From: Camelus dromedarius | Lineage: Eukaryota | DNA: 64,000 nucleotides | NCBI RefSeq assembly: GCF_036321535.1 | Contig: NC_087437.1 | Coordinates: forward strand, 42,100,001 to 42,164,000 | Reading direction: 5' to 3' | Shown here: positions 1-12,143 of the stretch, in pieces | How positions within the stretch are numbered: the first letter of the stretch is position 1 | Layout: the number at the start of each line of letters is the position of its first letter | Notes under the pieces: model-generated | What the model was told of the DNA's origin: nothing | Seen by the model: the letters and a program-made list of their open reading frames with translations, nothing else | Databases searched by the model: none | Translations under genes and position numbers: made by a program

Positions 1-85
1 AGGCCTTGGGAAAGGAACTTGACAGCCTTACTGCCTTCTAATGGTATTAACTTTTTTTCTTTTTTTCCCTCTTTTTGCCATGCAG

Positions 86-144
86 AGTATGAGTTGGAAG
101 TAAAGAGGGTGCAAGACATTCTTTCGGGAATAGAGAAACCACAG
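86..144 (+). CDS. FNDC3B: FNDC3B coding exon A (59 nt, probably human exon 7): (E)YELEVKRVQDILSGIEKPQ
   Basis: Long pyrimidine tract then tgcag acceptor; CAG|gtatgt donor; peptide recognised as FNDC3B; phase 0 joins exon B. Confidence 0.95.
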
Positions 145-849
145 GTATGTCTTCTGGATTTCTCAGCATAAATGGCGCTTTTTTAAGTATTTCAAACATG
201 TTTTTCTTTCACCACATAGTAGGTAAGCAAAGAGGCCCCTTCCCATTGCAGATTATTCATAAACTATGAAGTAGTGTTGTTATTAATGGCACATGAAAAT
301 ATAAAACAGTAGTCTTCTGTTCAGTCATCATCCACCAAAATGTCTTCTTTATTTGGATATTCTGAATGCAATTAGGTATTCTTCCCAACTTCCAAAGATA
401 CACCTCTACCCACCACCCCCAGGTCTACAGAACAGTTTTCTTTTGGCAGTTTCCCTTTACCTGTGTAAATGTAGTAATTATAATTTTTGAAATCTCAGTC
501 ATTCAAAGTATTTTTCCAGGTAAATTTCAAAAAGAGATTCAAATATTAGCCGAGAAAAATAAATCCGAAGCATAATGGCAAGGGGTATAATGGCCAGGAA
601 AAAATTTGGTGGGAGTAGTGATATTGTGAGGTTTTAAGTTTGATTTTGCCAGGTGCTTTGAAATTCAAGTGAAAAATTGAAAATGTTGATTCAGCCTTTC
701 ATCTGAGTTTAGAGAGCCAAAGTTCCTTGGAGTGTTTTCTAGCTGAATTGGAAAACCTTGATTCTTCATGTGTTTCAAATACTGAGGCTTTTTAACAGGA
801 GGGTCCAAGCATGCCTCAGGGTACATAGCTGAGTTTGACTAAACCTAGA

Positions 850-1200
850 AGCATGAGGTGTGCTGGACTGTGGGCACAATAGGGCGCTTGTAGGGCTGTG
901 GGGTGTTGATGCTGGGAGGGGGAGTCTGCACTTAAGCCGGCGAGGAGCAAGTTGCCATTGAGAGTTTACGAGCAGAGAAGTTACATAATCAGGGCTGCCC
1001 TTTCACAATGATCAATGAGCTGGCAGGTGCATTGAAGTGAGAGAAGAGGATGGGCCCAGGAAGGCACATGTTAGAAATCTCTTGTGCCAGTGGGAGGCTG
1101 TGGGAGTCACACTGAGTGTGTGGCATCAGGTGTGGCAAGGAGAGGATGGATTCTAGAGCCATTCTAGAGAGAGATCAGTAAGGCATTACAATCTGTTAGA
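850..1200 (-). mobile_element. Degraded L2 LINE fragment
   Basis: Purine-rich motifs typical of antisense L2 (gccattgagagtttacgagcagagaagttacataatcag...); boundaries approximate. Confidence 0.5.
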
Positions 1201-1859
1201 TATCAGTGTCATGAACAGCTGGGCTTCCAGGCTTGGATGCCTCCTTTCAGGAGATGCTTCCTCCGAGCTGGCTTCCCTGATTGCCGTCCCCGCCCATCAA
1301 GTGGGATACTCCACATGGTACCTGGTGCCACAGGACTGCCCCAGCATCGCTGTTCTCTCCGTGTATGTCGTACATCGTACTCTGTTCACTTGTTTCTGTG
1401 TCTTCCCCGGTAGTCTGTGAGTTCCTCCAGAATAGGTTCACGCCTGTGTCCTTCTTATATCTTCGATGCCATTCTCGAACAGGCTTACATTTAGAGTGCA
1501 GTAGAAAGAAGGAAAATCCGTGAGGAACACAGAGAAGTCATAATCAGGGCGAGAAGGTGGGGCGACAGGCTAGCTGGCTGTCCCAGGTGTAGTCCCCCAG
1601 CTTCAGAGTCTTTTCCGCCATGCACACACACAGTGTTCTGCTTGAGTTTTTCCTGGTCATGTCTTCACTGCAGAAGTGACGGCGTCTGTTCCTGAGGGTC
1701 ATGTAGCTCCAGCAAGATAAAAGCAACATTGACACTCAGTGGCCATTTCCTTGATTCCTTTACTAAGCCCTTAACTCTGTGTAGGTTTCAGAGTAGAGTA
1801 GACAGGCTGTCGTGTAAATAGTAGTGATGTTAGGTGTAATGTAGTAAGATTGTCAGCCA

Positions 1860-2227
1860 GGTGGTCAGAAAGTCCACAGCGGGTCTCGTGGGGCTGACAT
1901 CAAGGTGTTGACCGGGCCATGTTCCTTCCTGGGGGCTCTGTGGACGGATGTGTTTCCCCACTTTTCCCACTTCTAGAAGCTGCCCTGCATTGCTGGGCCC
2001 GAGACCCCTTACACCCTCCTATCTCCTCCGACTCTCACCCCTGTCTCCCTCTCGCACTCACAGAGACGCGTGTTGTTTATGTCCAGATAACCCAGGATGG
2101 GCTCTGCCTCACAAGATCCTTAACTTAATCACATCCGCAGAGTCTCTCTTACTTGTAGGGAAGTATATCTGGGGGTTAGGATGTGGACATCTTGGCGGGG
2201 GAGGGGGGGGTTAGTCTGCCCACCGCA
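1860..2227 (-). mobile_element. MaLR solo LTR (MLT1C/D-like)
   Basis: gatccttaacttaatcacatccgcag and gggttaggatgtggacatctt match the reverse MLT1 5' end; catcaaggtgttg...ttctagaagctgcc internal motifs. Confidence 0.8.
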
Positions 2228-5169
2228 CCCACCCCTGGTCCCCACATAGACCTTCTCCGCTGGGTGACAGTCCACTCATCCTTCCCAGCCCAGTTGTTTG
2301 TTGACACCATTGTTCTCCCTTCCTTCTCCTCCCTTCCTCTGCTCCCCTCTCTGTCTGAAGTTCTTAATCATGATTGTGTCGTATTGATCTGTGTGCTCCT
2401 AATACCTAGCACTGTCCTTGGCACGTTGTGAACCCTTCACAAATATTTGCTGCACAAACGTGTGGCAGACTAGCGGCTGCAGCCGGATTCTGCCAGGTGG
2501 GCCAGATGCCTGAAGGCCGGCCAGCATCAGACGCGGCTCAGCCCGCAGGGTGGAATGTGGGCGGCTGGAGCCAGGCGCAGGCAGCTGCGTGGAGGGGAGG
2601 GCCCTGGGGGCTGGGGCCCAGTGTGGCCATCAACTGTCTCTGTGACCCGGAGCCTCGGCTTCCTTATCTTCGGAAGGTCGGATAATAAATACCACATGGG
2701 ACTGTCTGAGAAGTAAATGATACACTGTTTATAGAGTCCTTGGAATGGACTGGTCCTCTGCAGTTTATAGCGTATCGTCAGGCAAAAGTGAGACCCTCCT
2801 GCTACACTCTGCCCAGCCTCCTTCCAGGAAAAACAGCGGAGCTGTAGAAAGTTTGGTGTACAATTGTATAAAGGATTGTTGTTCTTTTTTTTTTTTTCTT
2901 TCAGCTGTATCTGGTAACACCTCCAAATAAAATGCAAGTATTTTTCTTCGAGGCTTTGCAGGTGATTTGTTTTAGGTATAGAAATAGTATTGAGGGCTTG
3001 TGGATTCCAATCATCTTTCTAGAATTTTGGGCACCCTGAATTAAGTAAGTCTTACCCTTTAGAAACCCAGGTACTTTAAAGATCCAGATACTTAGTCATT
3101 AGATGAAACAGGGCACAGATATACTAGGTATTTGTCCCAAGACTGTAACAGTCAGGTGCCTTGGAGACTGTACTCATAGCCACCACTGTGCTAGAAAAGC
3201 AAGCTTGATAGTATTCTGAGCGGTTTAGGATTCAGTCTCTACTGGGACCAACCAGCTCCAACCTAACCTGGTTTTGATCTGCTCTGACGGTGATGCTGGA
3301 TGAAGTCTCCCATGAACTGCTGGGCTGTTTATTTTCAGGATGTAAATAAATGTAACCTGGAATTGCGGTTCTGCATTGTTTCCATCCACTAATGTTTAGC
3401 TTGTAGGAACAATTGATTTGTCAGTTCCAGAAGTGAGTAAACTGACCTAAGAAAACAACTGTTCCTACAAGAAGCAATTCCTGAAAGATAAACAGCAGTA
3501 TATCTGGAAACACACTGGAGGTTCTGCGCACTTAAGGAATTGTAGAAACAAATGGCTCTGAAATTCCTAGATTTGAGTATCCTTTTTCTTTGAATAATGA
3601 TCTCTCTGACCTTTCCCTTTTAAATTTTCCTTTGTGTTATTATTTGTCATGATGGTAATTTAGAAGTGAAGCCAATATTGCTATGGTAATATTTCCTTAA
3701 CATAACTCCCTAAATTGGATCAGCAGGCCTCCCACATAGTTAAATCCAGAGACCAGACCAAATTTAGAAGCTGCGAACTTACATAGAAATATTTTTGAAC
3801 ACGGGAGTAACAGTTTAGTAGCTTTATGAGAGTAAATGGTATTTTTGACCCAAATAATGAATATCATTTGCATTTAAGACAGTCTGAAAATTAAGACAGT
3901 AAAATTGCACAGAATAGGATTAAAATACTGGGATGAACAGGAGAGAAAGGGATAAGGTGACAGAGAATAAGGATTACATATCAAATAGCTACAAGATAAT
4001 GTGGTTTTATCATTTCCAAATACATATACACACATAGATATGCTTTAAATTGGCCACTGTTCTCAAGTTCAAATCTATATTTAATAAATACATAGACAAG
4101 AATGATTTCTAATCAGTAATCATTTAGAAGTAGACGATGGTTTTATAAGTCCTTCAAGATACTTCAAAGCAGTTTGAGTCATTTCTTTGCAGACTTACAC
4201 TAATAACCTTCACAACAGACTCCTATATCACCAGTGCTGAAACAAAGGTCACATTGGGTCTTGTCCAATAATTGTGCAGCTAGAAATCATCACTCTTATC
4301 ACCATTACAAAGGAGACTGACTTCTATTTATGGTAGAATAATTAAACATCAGAAAGTCACTTAGTTTTATGGCTTTTAAACTCCTTTTTTTGGATCACAG
4401 CCATGACAATCATTGTGATGATCAGATTAGCCGTGCCCCAGTTCAGTTCAGTGGTCACTCCTGGTGAGAAAGTTTCACCAGAGAAAAGGGGGGAGGTAGG
4501 AAAGGAGAGAAGAGAGAGAGAGAGATTGACTGACTCACAAGGTAAAGCCCGTGTGGGAGTGCTGTGGCTCTGATGTAGGCTTGAGCCCAGCCTAGTTCCT
4601 GAAGTTCTGACTCTCATTGAGGTTATCACTTCCCTGGGTGCTTGGAGTAAAGGCATCTACTGCTGAGGATCCCCATTTCCATGACACTCTATTGAAAGGC
4701 ACTGTGTAATTTCCTGGCATCAGCCTTGGAGTGGAAGTGAATTCCAAGTTCTAACAGAGACAAAGCACTCTTTCTCTTGGGATTCCAATGCCTAAAGAAA
4801 GGAAACCTGAGGCCCAGGAGTCAGTGCAGGGGAGGGAGCAGGGAGCACAGGAGGGGACTGGCCTCACAACCCTGGTCGCCATCTAGGTGGCAGGCTGCTC
4901 AGCTCCAGGAGAGAGTTTCCAGAAGCCGCCACCCTTTGAAAATGATGCTGAGTTCTCAAAGTGCACGTCTGACAGGCTGGCCAATGGGAAGGATGTCCTC
5001 ACACAGAGGTCTGTGTTCAGATAGCAGTTGACCTTAAGGCTTGCTCAGGGAACCCGGGGAAAAGGTGAACCTTATTTTAGTTGATCCTTCAAGTGTTGTA
5101 CATCCCTGTTCAGTTAAGTAATAACTGAACCAAGTCCTAAAGGGAAAAAAAAAAGAAAAGAAAAAATGC

Positions 5170-5320
5170 TTTGATTTGATTTACATCTGTTATGAAATAA
5201 TTACCACAATAGGGTTAGCTAACATCCATCATCCATCTTCTCACATAGACTATAAAGAAAGAAGAAAAGAAAAGAGAAAATTTTCTCCCTGTGATGAGAA
5301 CTCTTAGGATGAAATTCTTA
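5170..5320 (-). mobile_element. L1 3'-end fragment (L1MA9-like)
   Basis: gaaataattaccacaatagggttagctaacatccatc...tgtgatgagaactcttaggat. Confidence 0.65.
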
Positions 5321-6279
5321 ATAGCTGATTTAAAAAAAAAAAAAAGTAGAGTTTAAAGGGATGTGGATTTATGGATACCTGTTCAGTATCTGAAGTGCTA
5401 GCACTTGACTGAGCTGTTTTGAGACGTGATGTTATTTCACACCACCATTCACAGAATCGGTATTACTACATACTGTGCTCTTGGTTGGACCACCTATCAC
5501 CTCAGCTGAGTGTTTCTCAGTACCTAATCAGCATTTTTTAAATTACAAACTGAACTTTCCATAGCAAAATATCTCTTATTAAGACACAAATCAAATGTAA
5601 TATCCAATATCTCAGGATTACTCGTTAATGGTGTGTGAATTCAGCAGATACAATGGTGTGAATGGTAGAAATGCTGCCTTAAAGTCTATCAGGGGAACAA
5701 CACCCAAACAGCCAGGTAAAGCAAAGTATAATGAAATGAGTGCCAAACAGAGGTGCCAGCACAGTGTGGCTGGAGCGCCGAGGAAACAGTGACTGGCTCT
5801 GATCTGGGGTCGGGCAGGACTGTACAGAAGTCTTTCCTGGATTGAGCTGAAGCTGCTGGGGTCCTTCTGTGCTCATTGTATCTGCCATGAGGCCCCTCAC
5901 ATATGCCTCTGTCTTCACCAGGCAGAGATCGGATCTTAATCATCTTTGCACAACCTCTCCCAAGACGAGGTATGATGATTGATTAAATAAGCAAAGGCAG
6001 CATTTGGACCGGATTTGAAAGAAGTCTGTTAAAGGCAGGAAGTCGGAAAGTCCAGGGCTGTCTCAGGGGTGTGAGGGGGATGCACCCAAAGGAGTTAGGG
6101 CTGTGTGTCACAGGAGGGGTGGGCGGAGGACCAGCTGCTCATCTGGACCATGACAAGAAGGGTGGAGTTCGACTCTGTAACAGTGTCTCCTTAGGTTTGT
6201 TTAAAAGGGGTGTGTGTATTGCTAGTCTGCCACGCTGTGTCACCCGTATCAGAAACTCAGACTGCCTCTTTCCCTTTGA

Positions 6280-6520
6280 TTCTTTTCATTCAACATTTAC
6301 TAAGCAACGACTGCTCACAATTGGACATGAGTTGGGGCCTCTCCTTAGGGAGTCCCACAGTCCAGTGAGGAAGGTAGGCCAGCACTGTAATTAGCAATGG
6401 TAGAGACAGCAACAAGGTGCTGTGGAACCGAGAGATGATGGGATACTTCAGGGAAGGCTACTTAGGGATAGTGCAGACTGGCTGGAATCTTGAAGGATGA
6501 GTAGGAGTTTGAGTAACTGG
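6280..6520 (-). mobile_element. L2 3'-end fragment
   Basis: ttcattcaacatttactaagca...cttgaaggatgagtaggagttt. Confidence 0.65.
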
Positions 6521-6931
6521 TTAAATACATAGTGGTGCTGTATCTACATGGAACAGCAGTGATATGGAGGGGGATCTCTGCTCAAAATGGAATGAATGGC
6601 AGACTGAAAAGGGAGACTCAGTGCTCATTTTCCATATTTTGTTCGTGCTTTTTAATTATTTTATATTACACTTTAATATTCTTTATTTAGATCAGATACT
6701 GATGAAAATGGAAGAAAAAAGGATAGAGACTTGATAGTTTAGACATCTCCATCCACAGCCTAATAATCTACAGCTATAAAGTCTTGTATGAACACTAAGT
6801 TTTAGTGTGTATTAACTCTTGTTTTGTTTTTAATATGTTATTTAGACCAATATCCAGAGAGCAAAAAATAACCTTTAGAAAATTAGAACATCAAACATTA
6901 AAGTGCTGTTGAGAGATTTTAAAGAATTAGA

Positions 6932-7200
6932 CTGTGCTTTAGATTGGTTTTCTCCAGAAACAGACTCTAAAACAAAGATTGGAAGGCAAATAGTGTATGT
7001 GAGGAGGTGCCCCGGGAAGCAAGAGCCATTAGAGTGGAGACGTGCTTTTGCAGAGGAGAAGCCAGTGCAGGATCTGTTAATGAGCAGGTTACAGCTGAGG
7101 GCAGCTGGGGCCCCGTCCTGCTCAGGATGCCTGGGCGATAGTGTAAGGATGAGCCTCAGAGAAGCCCTAAGTAAGAGGGGAGAGTTGGGTGTTTAGAGTC
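6932..7200. mobile_element. ERVL-class LTR fragment (LTR16/LTR33-like)
   Basis: ttagattggttttctccagaaacagactctaaaacaaagatt...tagtgtatgtgaggaggtg resembles the recalled LTR16/33 terminus. Confidence 0.55.
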
Positions 7201-7817
7201 CCAGACTCTTTAGTTCAAATGAAGTCTTCAGTGGAGGCTAAACCAGAAAGATAAAAGCAGAGCTTGGAGAAGTGAAACATCGCCACACACATTTCCTCCT
7301 CCTGTCATCCTGGGCCTTGGTTCCACCCTCCAAATGGGTTCTCCTGGGAACCTGCAGGACTTGGAGGGGCATGGTTTGAAAGGTGGTGGCTTTGCAAGAT
7401 GACTGGACACCAAGCAAGGCTTGGAGGCCGCCAAAAAGTACCTGTGCATGTGAGTTCCTTCCACATAGTGTGATGGCCATCATGGAGATTATTGAAATTT
7501 CATGTTTAATTTTTTACTGATCCCAAGCATGACATTATTTTACTTTCCAAGTGTGAAATGCACCGGATTTGGATGTAGGTTTCATAACAAGGACAGATGT
7601 TGCAGGAGCTTTAGTTTGGACATCAGGACTTTGACAGGAGAACGCCATATAGGACAGTTGTTTTCACTGTAATTAAAATAAAATGGTTTATCTTGAGTTA
7701 ACTCCGACCTATTTTTATGCCACTGCTAATAATCACAAAATGTTCTGGGGGAGAAGTGAAGTGTCTGATCCATGTGAAATGGATTTGAATACTTTTGTCT
7801 CTTGTTTTTCTTCTCAG

Positions 7818-7969
7818 GTTTCTAATATTCAGGCAAGAACAGTTGTTTTGTCCTGGGCTCCCCCTGTTGGACTTTCATGTGGATCCCACAGTGGTCTTTC
7901 CTTCCCCTACAGTTACGAGGTTGCCTTATCAGACAAAGGACGAGATGGAAAATACAAGATAATTTACAG
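7818..7969 (+). CDS. FNDC3B: FNDC3B exon B (152 nt): VSNIQARTVVLSWAPPVG...DGKYKIIY(S), start of first FN3 domain
   Basis: ttctcag acceptor; AG|gtagag donor; within ORF 7683..7973. Confidence 0.97.
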
Positions 7970-9239
7970 GTAGAGTATATTTCCATGTGTGTTTCTCAGC
8001 TGCTAAACAGTGAAATTGGTGTTATTAAGGAGAATGAAAGCAAAGGAAAAATTTACTGGCTTTGCAAATTGTCCTTTAAGTAGTTCTTTTTAATAATTAG
8101 TGGTAATTATAATGTCAATGGTTAATTTTGTTCAGAGTAATTGCTAATCAGAAATGACTTTTATAGAGCTACTTGGTGTTGGTCAAATATGCCACTTGAT
8201 TTATGTTAGCTTGCCAATGTGGTACCAGAGAAAGTTTTCCATTAATATTGTCAGGGCAAAAAGTGAGTGTGACTTTTAGTTTTTACTCATATCATGCACT
8301 CATTTGATTATCTTTTTTTAGGCCCAGACCTTTCTCTAGATTTGTTTTTTTTTAATTCTTTCAGATGATTTCCATTTCACCCTCCGACTTATCCTCCACA
8401 CTAGTTTTCTCAGTCTGTAGTAAAGATTACTTTAAATCATTTCATTCTGAGACTTTCTTAAATGGTCAAAAGTTTAGCACACAGAGTAAGGGATTAACCC
8501 CTTCTGCTTTGTGGACTCCCAGATATTAACCAGTCAAATGATTTATAGCCCTGTTCTAAATGTGATAAAAGTTTTTGAGGTCAAGTCTTTTTTCTTTTGT
8601 GATTGCTGGGCACTGCTCAGGTTTGCAGGGCAGGAAATCAGAAGGGCTGGTCTTGTTTTAACTACTTGTTTGACGTCTCTGGGACTGGCCCCAGGAACAG
8701 CGTAACTCGGCCACACAGATCCCACCCCTTCCTCCGCCGCTGGAGAGGCTGGTTTTCTCTCCTGGCTCTCTGCTGCGTCGGTGCTGCAGACCCTGCATCT
8801 CCCAAGCCCTTTACCTAATTTTCAACTCGCTCCAGGGACTTTTCTTCTGGTCACAGAAAAGGGAGAAAGAGGGAGGGAGGGAAGCTCTTTATCCACTCTC
8901 TCCTCCTGTCACTGCCATCGGGCTTCTGCTGGACTGGACTCTTGCAGGAAGCTCCTCAGGCTCCTCTAGCATCTACTCTTGCTCTCCCTCCCTCCAGCCT
9001 CCACGCTACAGAAACATAAGTCGGACCATGTGACTCCCCTGTGAGAACACTGGGTGCTTCTCCACTGCACTCATAATATAGTCCTAACCCCGTATTCTGC
9101 CTCACAACCACTGGGGTCAGAATGGGTCATGACCTTAACAAAATATAGAGCACCATTTCCCCCAGCCCCTGCAAACCAGTTACATTCTAAACCAGTTACA
9201 TTCTATCAGTGCACGAGGATCAGTGGCAGCAGGAGCTAG

Positions 9240-9556
9240 AGTCCCAAGTGCTCAGAGGGACAGGCAGGTGACAGAAGTGAGACAGGAGGAAGGTTGGGAA
9301 TGAGGAGAACAGGAGCACTCCTGTGTTCATCTGGCAGCAGCAGCCACCACTCACCTCAAACAGGTTGTTGCATAGGGAATGTTGGCCTAGATTTGCTGGT
9401 TCTTTGGATTGTTTTAAAGGAAATGCTGAAAATCTGAATTGATAGTAAACTTGCCTAATGTTAAAACTAAGTCAGCAAATTCAAAAACACTTCATAGTGC
9501 AGGTCAAACAGCAGAGCTGCAGGCAAGGTGTGGACGTTGGCCACCAGGTTGCAACT
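9240..9556. mobile_element. hAT-Charlie fossil (MER102-like)
   Basis: gggacaggcaggtgac...tgcaggtcaaaca...tggccaccaggttgcaac motifs. Confidence 0.5.
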
Positions 9557-9559
9557 TTA

Positions 9560-10960
9560 AAAAAGTATTTTTATTTGAATAATTTTGAACTTATGTTGCA
9601 AAAATAGCAATCAAGGAATATGTGAATATCCTTCACCTAGGTTTACCTGTTTCTAACTTTTGACCCTATTCACTTTACTATTTGACTTTCCCTCCCGTTA
9701 GCTCCCCTCTTAATCTATAGTTTTTCATATTAGTTTTATATATCATGGTCCTGTACTACTAAATACTTCAGTATGTTTCCTAAGACATTTTCTTAAATAG
9801 CTGCAGTGCAGACTTTGCATCAGTACCATACTTTTATCTAGCCCATCGTCCGTGTTCCAGTTTTGTCAGTTGATTAAGTAATGTCTGCTGGAGCATTCTT
9901 CTTCCCCTCTAGGACAGAATCCGTTCTAAGGCCAGATACTTCAGTTAGTTGTCATGTCTCAGCAGCCTTCTTTAATTTGGAACATTTCATGGTATTTCAT
10001 TGTCTTTTATGAGCTGACTATTTTTTTCCATCTTCCTCTTTAATAAAGAAAACTCACATGTATAGATACTTTTCAAAACAGAAATATTACTTTACATATT
10101 ACTAGCAGGGCAGTAAGTTTAAATTTTTTAAAAATTGTGACTAAATTTCAAGCATACAGAAAAGTAGAGAAAACAGTACAATCAATCCCCAGATACAGCC
10201 ATCACTCATAGTTAACAATTATCAAGATTTTGTCACAATCCATATCCCTCCTGTATTATTATTATTATTATTGTTATTGTTATTGTTATTACTGAAGCAT
10301 TTGGTAGCAATTCACAGATCACACACCAGGGTACTCCTACATAGTTCAATATGGATCAACATAGATTTTTTTTTTCACTTAACTATAATGTCATTAATAT
10401 CTAGAAAAACTTAACAATAATATCTGGCATCATTTAATATCTACGCTGTATTCAAATTTCCTCAATTGTCTCTAAATTATGTTTTTAAAATTGGTTTGTT
10501 CTTATTAGAATCCAAACTAGCCCCACTCATTGCATGGGTTTGTTATGTCTCATAAATCTATTTTAATCTTGAATAGTCCCCTTCTCCATTTTTTTTTGTA
10601 TGTGTGAAATGGTATAGCCACTTTATTATTTTTTTATTTATTTAATTTAAAGGTTTTTTTATTGAAGTATCGCTGACATGCAATATTAGTTTCAAGTGAA
10701 TCTCCCACCTTTATAAAAATTCTTGACCATTTGCAAAAAATAGATCACTTTCTTGCATTCTGAATTTATGGTGTCCTTTAACTTGATCTTCCCTCCCCCA
10801 TATTTCCTATAAGTTGGTAGTTAGCTCTAGAGCTTAGTCAGGTTCAGACTTAACAGCTGTGGAAGGAATACTTCAAGGTGGTTCTGTACACTTCCTCTTC
10901 CAGCACAGTGGGAAGCAACAGTGTTTGGTGGCCTCGCTTGCTTAAATCATGTTTAAGAAT
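9560..10960 (-). mobile_element. Old L1 (L1MC/L1ME-type) 3' fragments, nested
   Basis: aataattttgaactt...ccttcacctag and aaatttcaagcatacagaaaagtagagaaaacagtacaat motifs; includes (ATT)n/(GTT) repeat and a short younger L1 tail near 10620-10700. Confidence 0.65.
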
Positions 10961-10989
10961 TATCCATTGAATTGACTGAAAAAAAATTT

Positions 10990-11480
10990 ACTTACTTATT
11001 TGAAATATAGTTGACATACAGTGTTGTTAGTTCCATAGTGATTTTTTAGCTGAGGAATAGTTGACTTACAGTATTAGTTTCAAGTGTACAACTGATTCAA
11101 AATTTTTATAGATTGTCCTCCATTTAAAGTTATTGGAAAAGTGTCTGCTATATTCATTGTGCTGAACAATATATCCTTGTAGCTTATTCATTTTGTACAT
11201 AGTAGTAGTTTGTACTTCTTAATCCCCTACCCCTCTCTTGCCCCTCCCCACTCTACTCACCCCATTCAACCATCAGTTGGTTCTCTGTATCTGTGAGCCT
11301 ATTTCTGTTCTGTTCTATTTGTTTGTTTTATTTTTCAGATTCCGCATATAAGTGATAACATGCAGTGTTTGTCTTTTTCTAACTTTTTTCACTAAGCATA
11401 ATAACCTCCAGGTTCATCCATGTTGTTGCAAATGACAGAATTTCATTCTTTTTTATGTCTGAGTAGAATGCAGTTATGCC
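10990..11480 (-). mobile_element. L1 3' UTR fragment
   Basis: atagttgacttacagtattagtttcaagtgtaca...gattccgcatataagtga...ttcatccatgttgttgcaaatgacagaatttcattctttttt. Confidence 0.85.
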
Positions 11481-12083
11481 CACACACATCCCCCTCACCT
11501 TTTAAAAGAGTTTTAATGGGAGCATTCCTTATTTTGTGTTAATTGTTTTCTCATGATTAAGTCGAGGTTCTGTTGTAACTTGTGGTCAGATAAATGGTTT
11601 TATTTTGTATAGGAGAGCTATTTATTAGTATTGATATGTTAGGGAAGCAGACTGAAATTTCTTCAAGAGTTGAGAAGTTAAAGCATTTGGGGTTCCTGCC
11701 ATGATAAGCCATGAGAGCCACCTTCAGTTGAGAGCTGGTACTATTATTTATACTTACGTTTATCTGTATATCTATTCAATTTGCTTGCTTATTTACTTAA
11801 TTATTTTTGTGATGTTACTATGAAGAAATGATAAGATCTTTTGCACTTTTATTACTAAGTTAACCTTGCCATTTTTCAAATCTAGAATGACATCATTTAA
11901 AGGAATCTAATTTTCTAGTCCAGAAAAAAGCTGTCAAATGGGAAAGTTTATTTCTGGCTTATGGTGGAATCAGACATAATAATTCTTGAATCATTGTTGG
12001 TACATGACTATGAGACTCAAATCCAAAACCTGTTGTATTTTTGAAACTGATATCATTAACTAATAAATGATTTTTCTTTACAG

Positions 12084-12143
12084 TGGAGAAGAATTAGAAT
12101 GTAACCTGAAAGATCTTAGACCAGCAACCGATTATCATGTGAG
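12084..12143 (+). CDS. FNDC3B: FNDC3B exon C (60 nt): GEELECNLKDLRPATDYHV(R)
   Basis: tttacag acceptor; AG|gtgagt donor; FN3 L-x-P-x-T-x-Y motif; phase 2/2. Confidence 0.96.

Noticed and set aside
7683..7817. In-frame upstream ATG extension of exon B with good Kozak context
   Set aside because: A strong canonical acceptor ends at 7817; 45 open codons beside one of 16 exons is expected by chance; no promoter evidence.
9173..9205. Direct repeat (aaccagttacattcta)x2
   Set aside because: Simple local tandem duplication with no spacers; not a CRISPR-like array.
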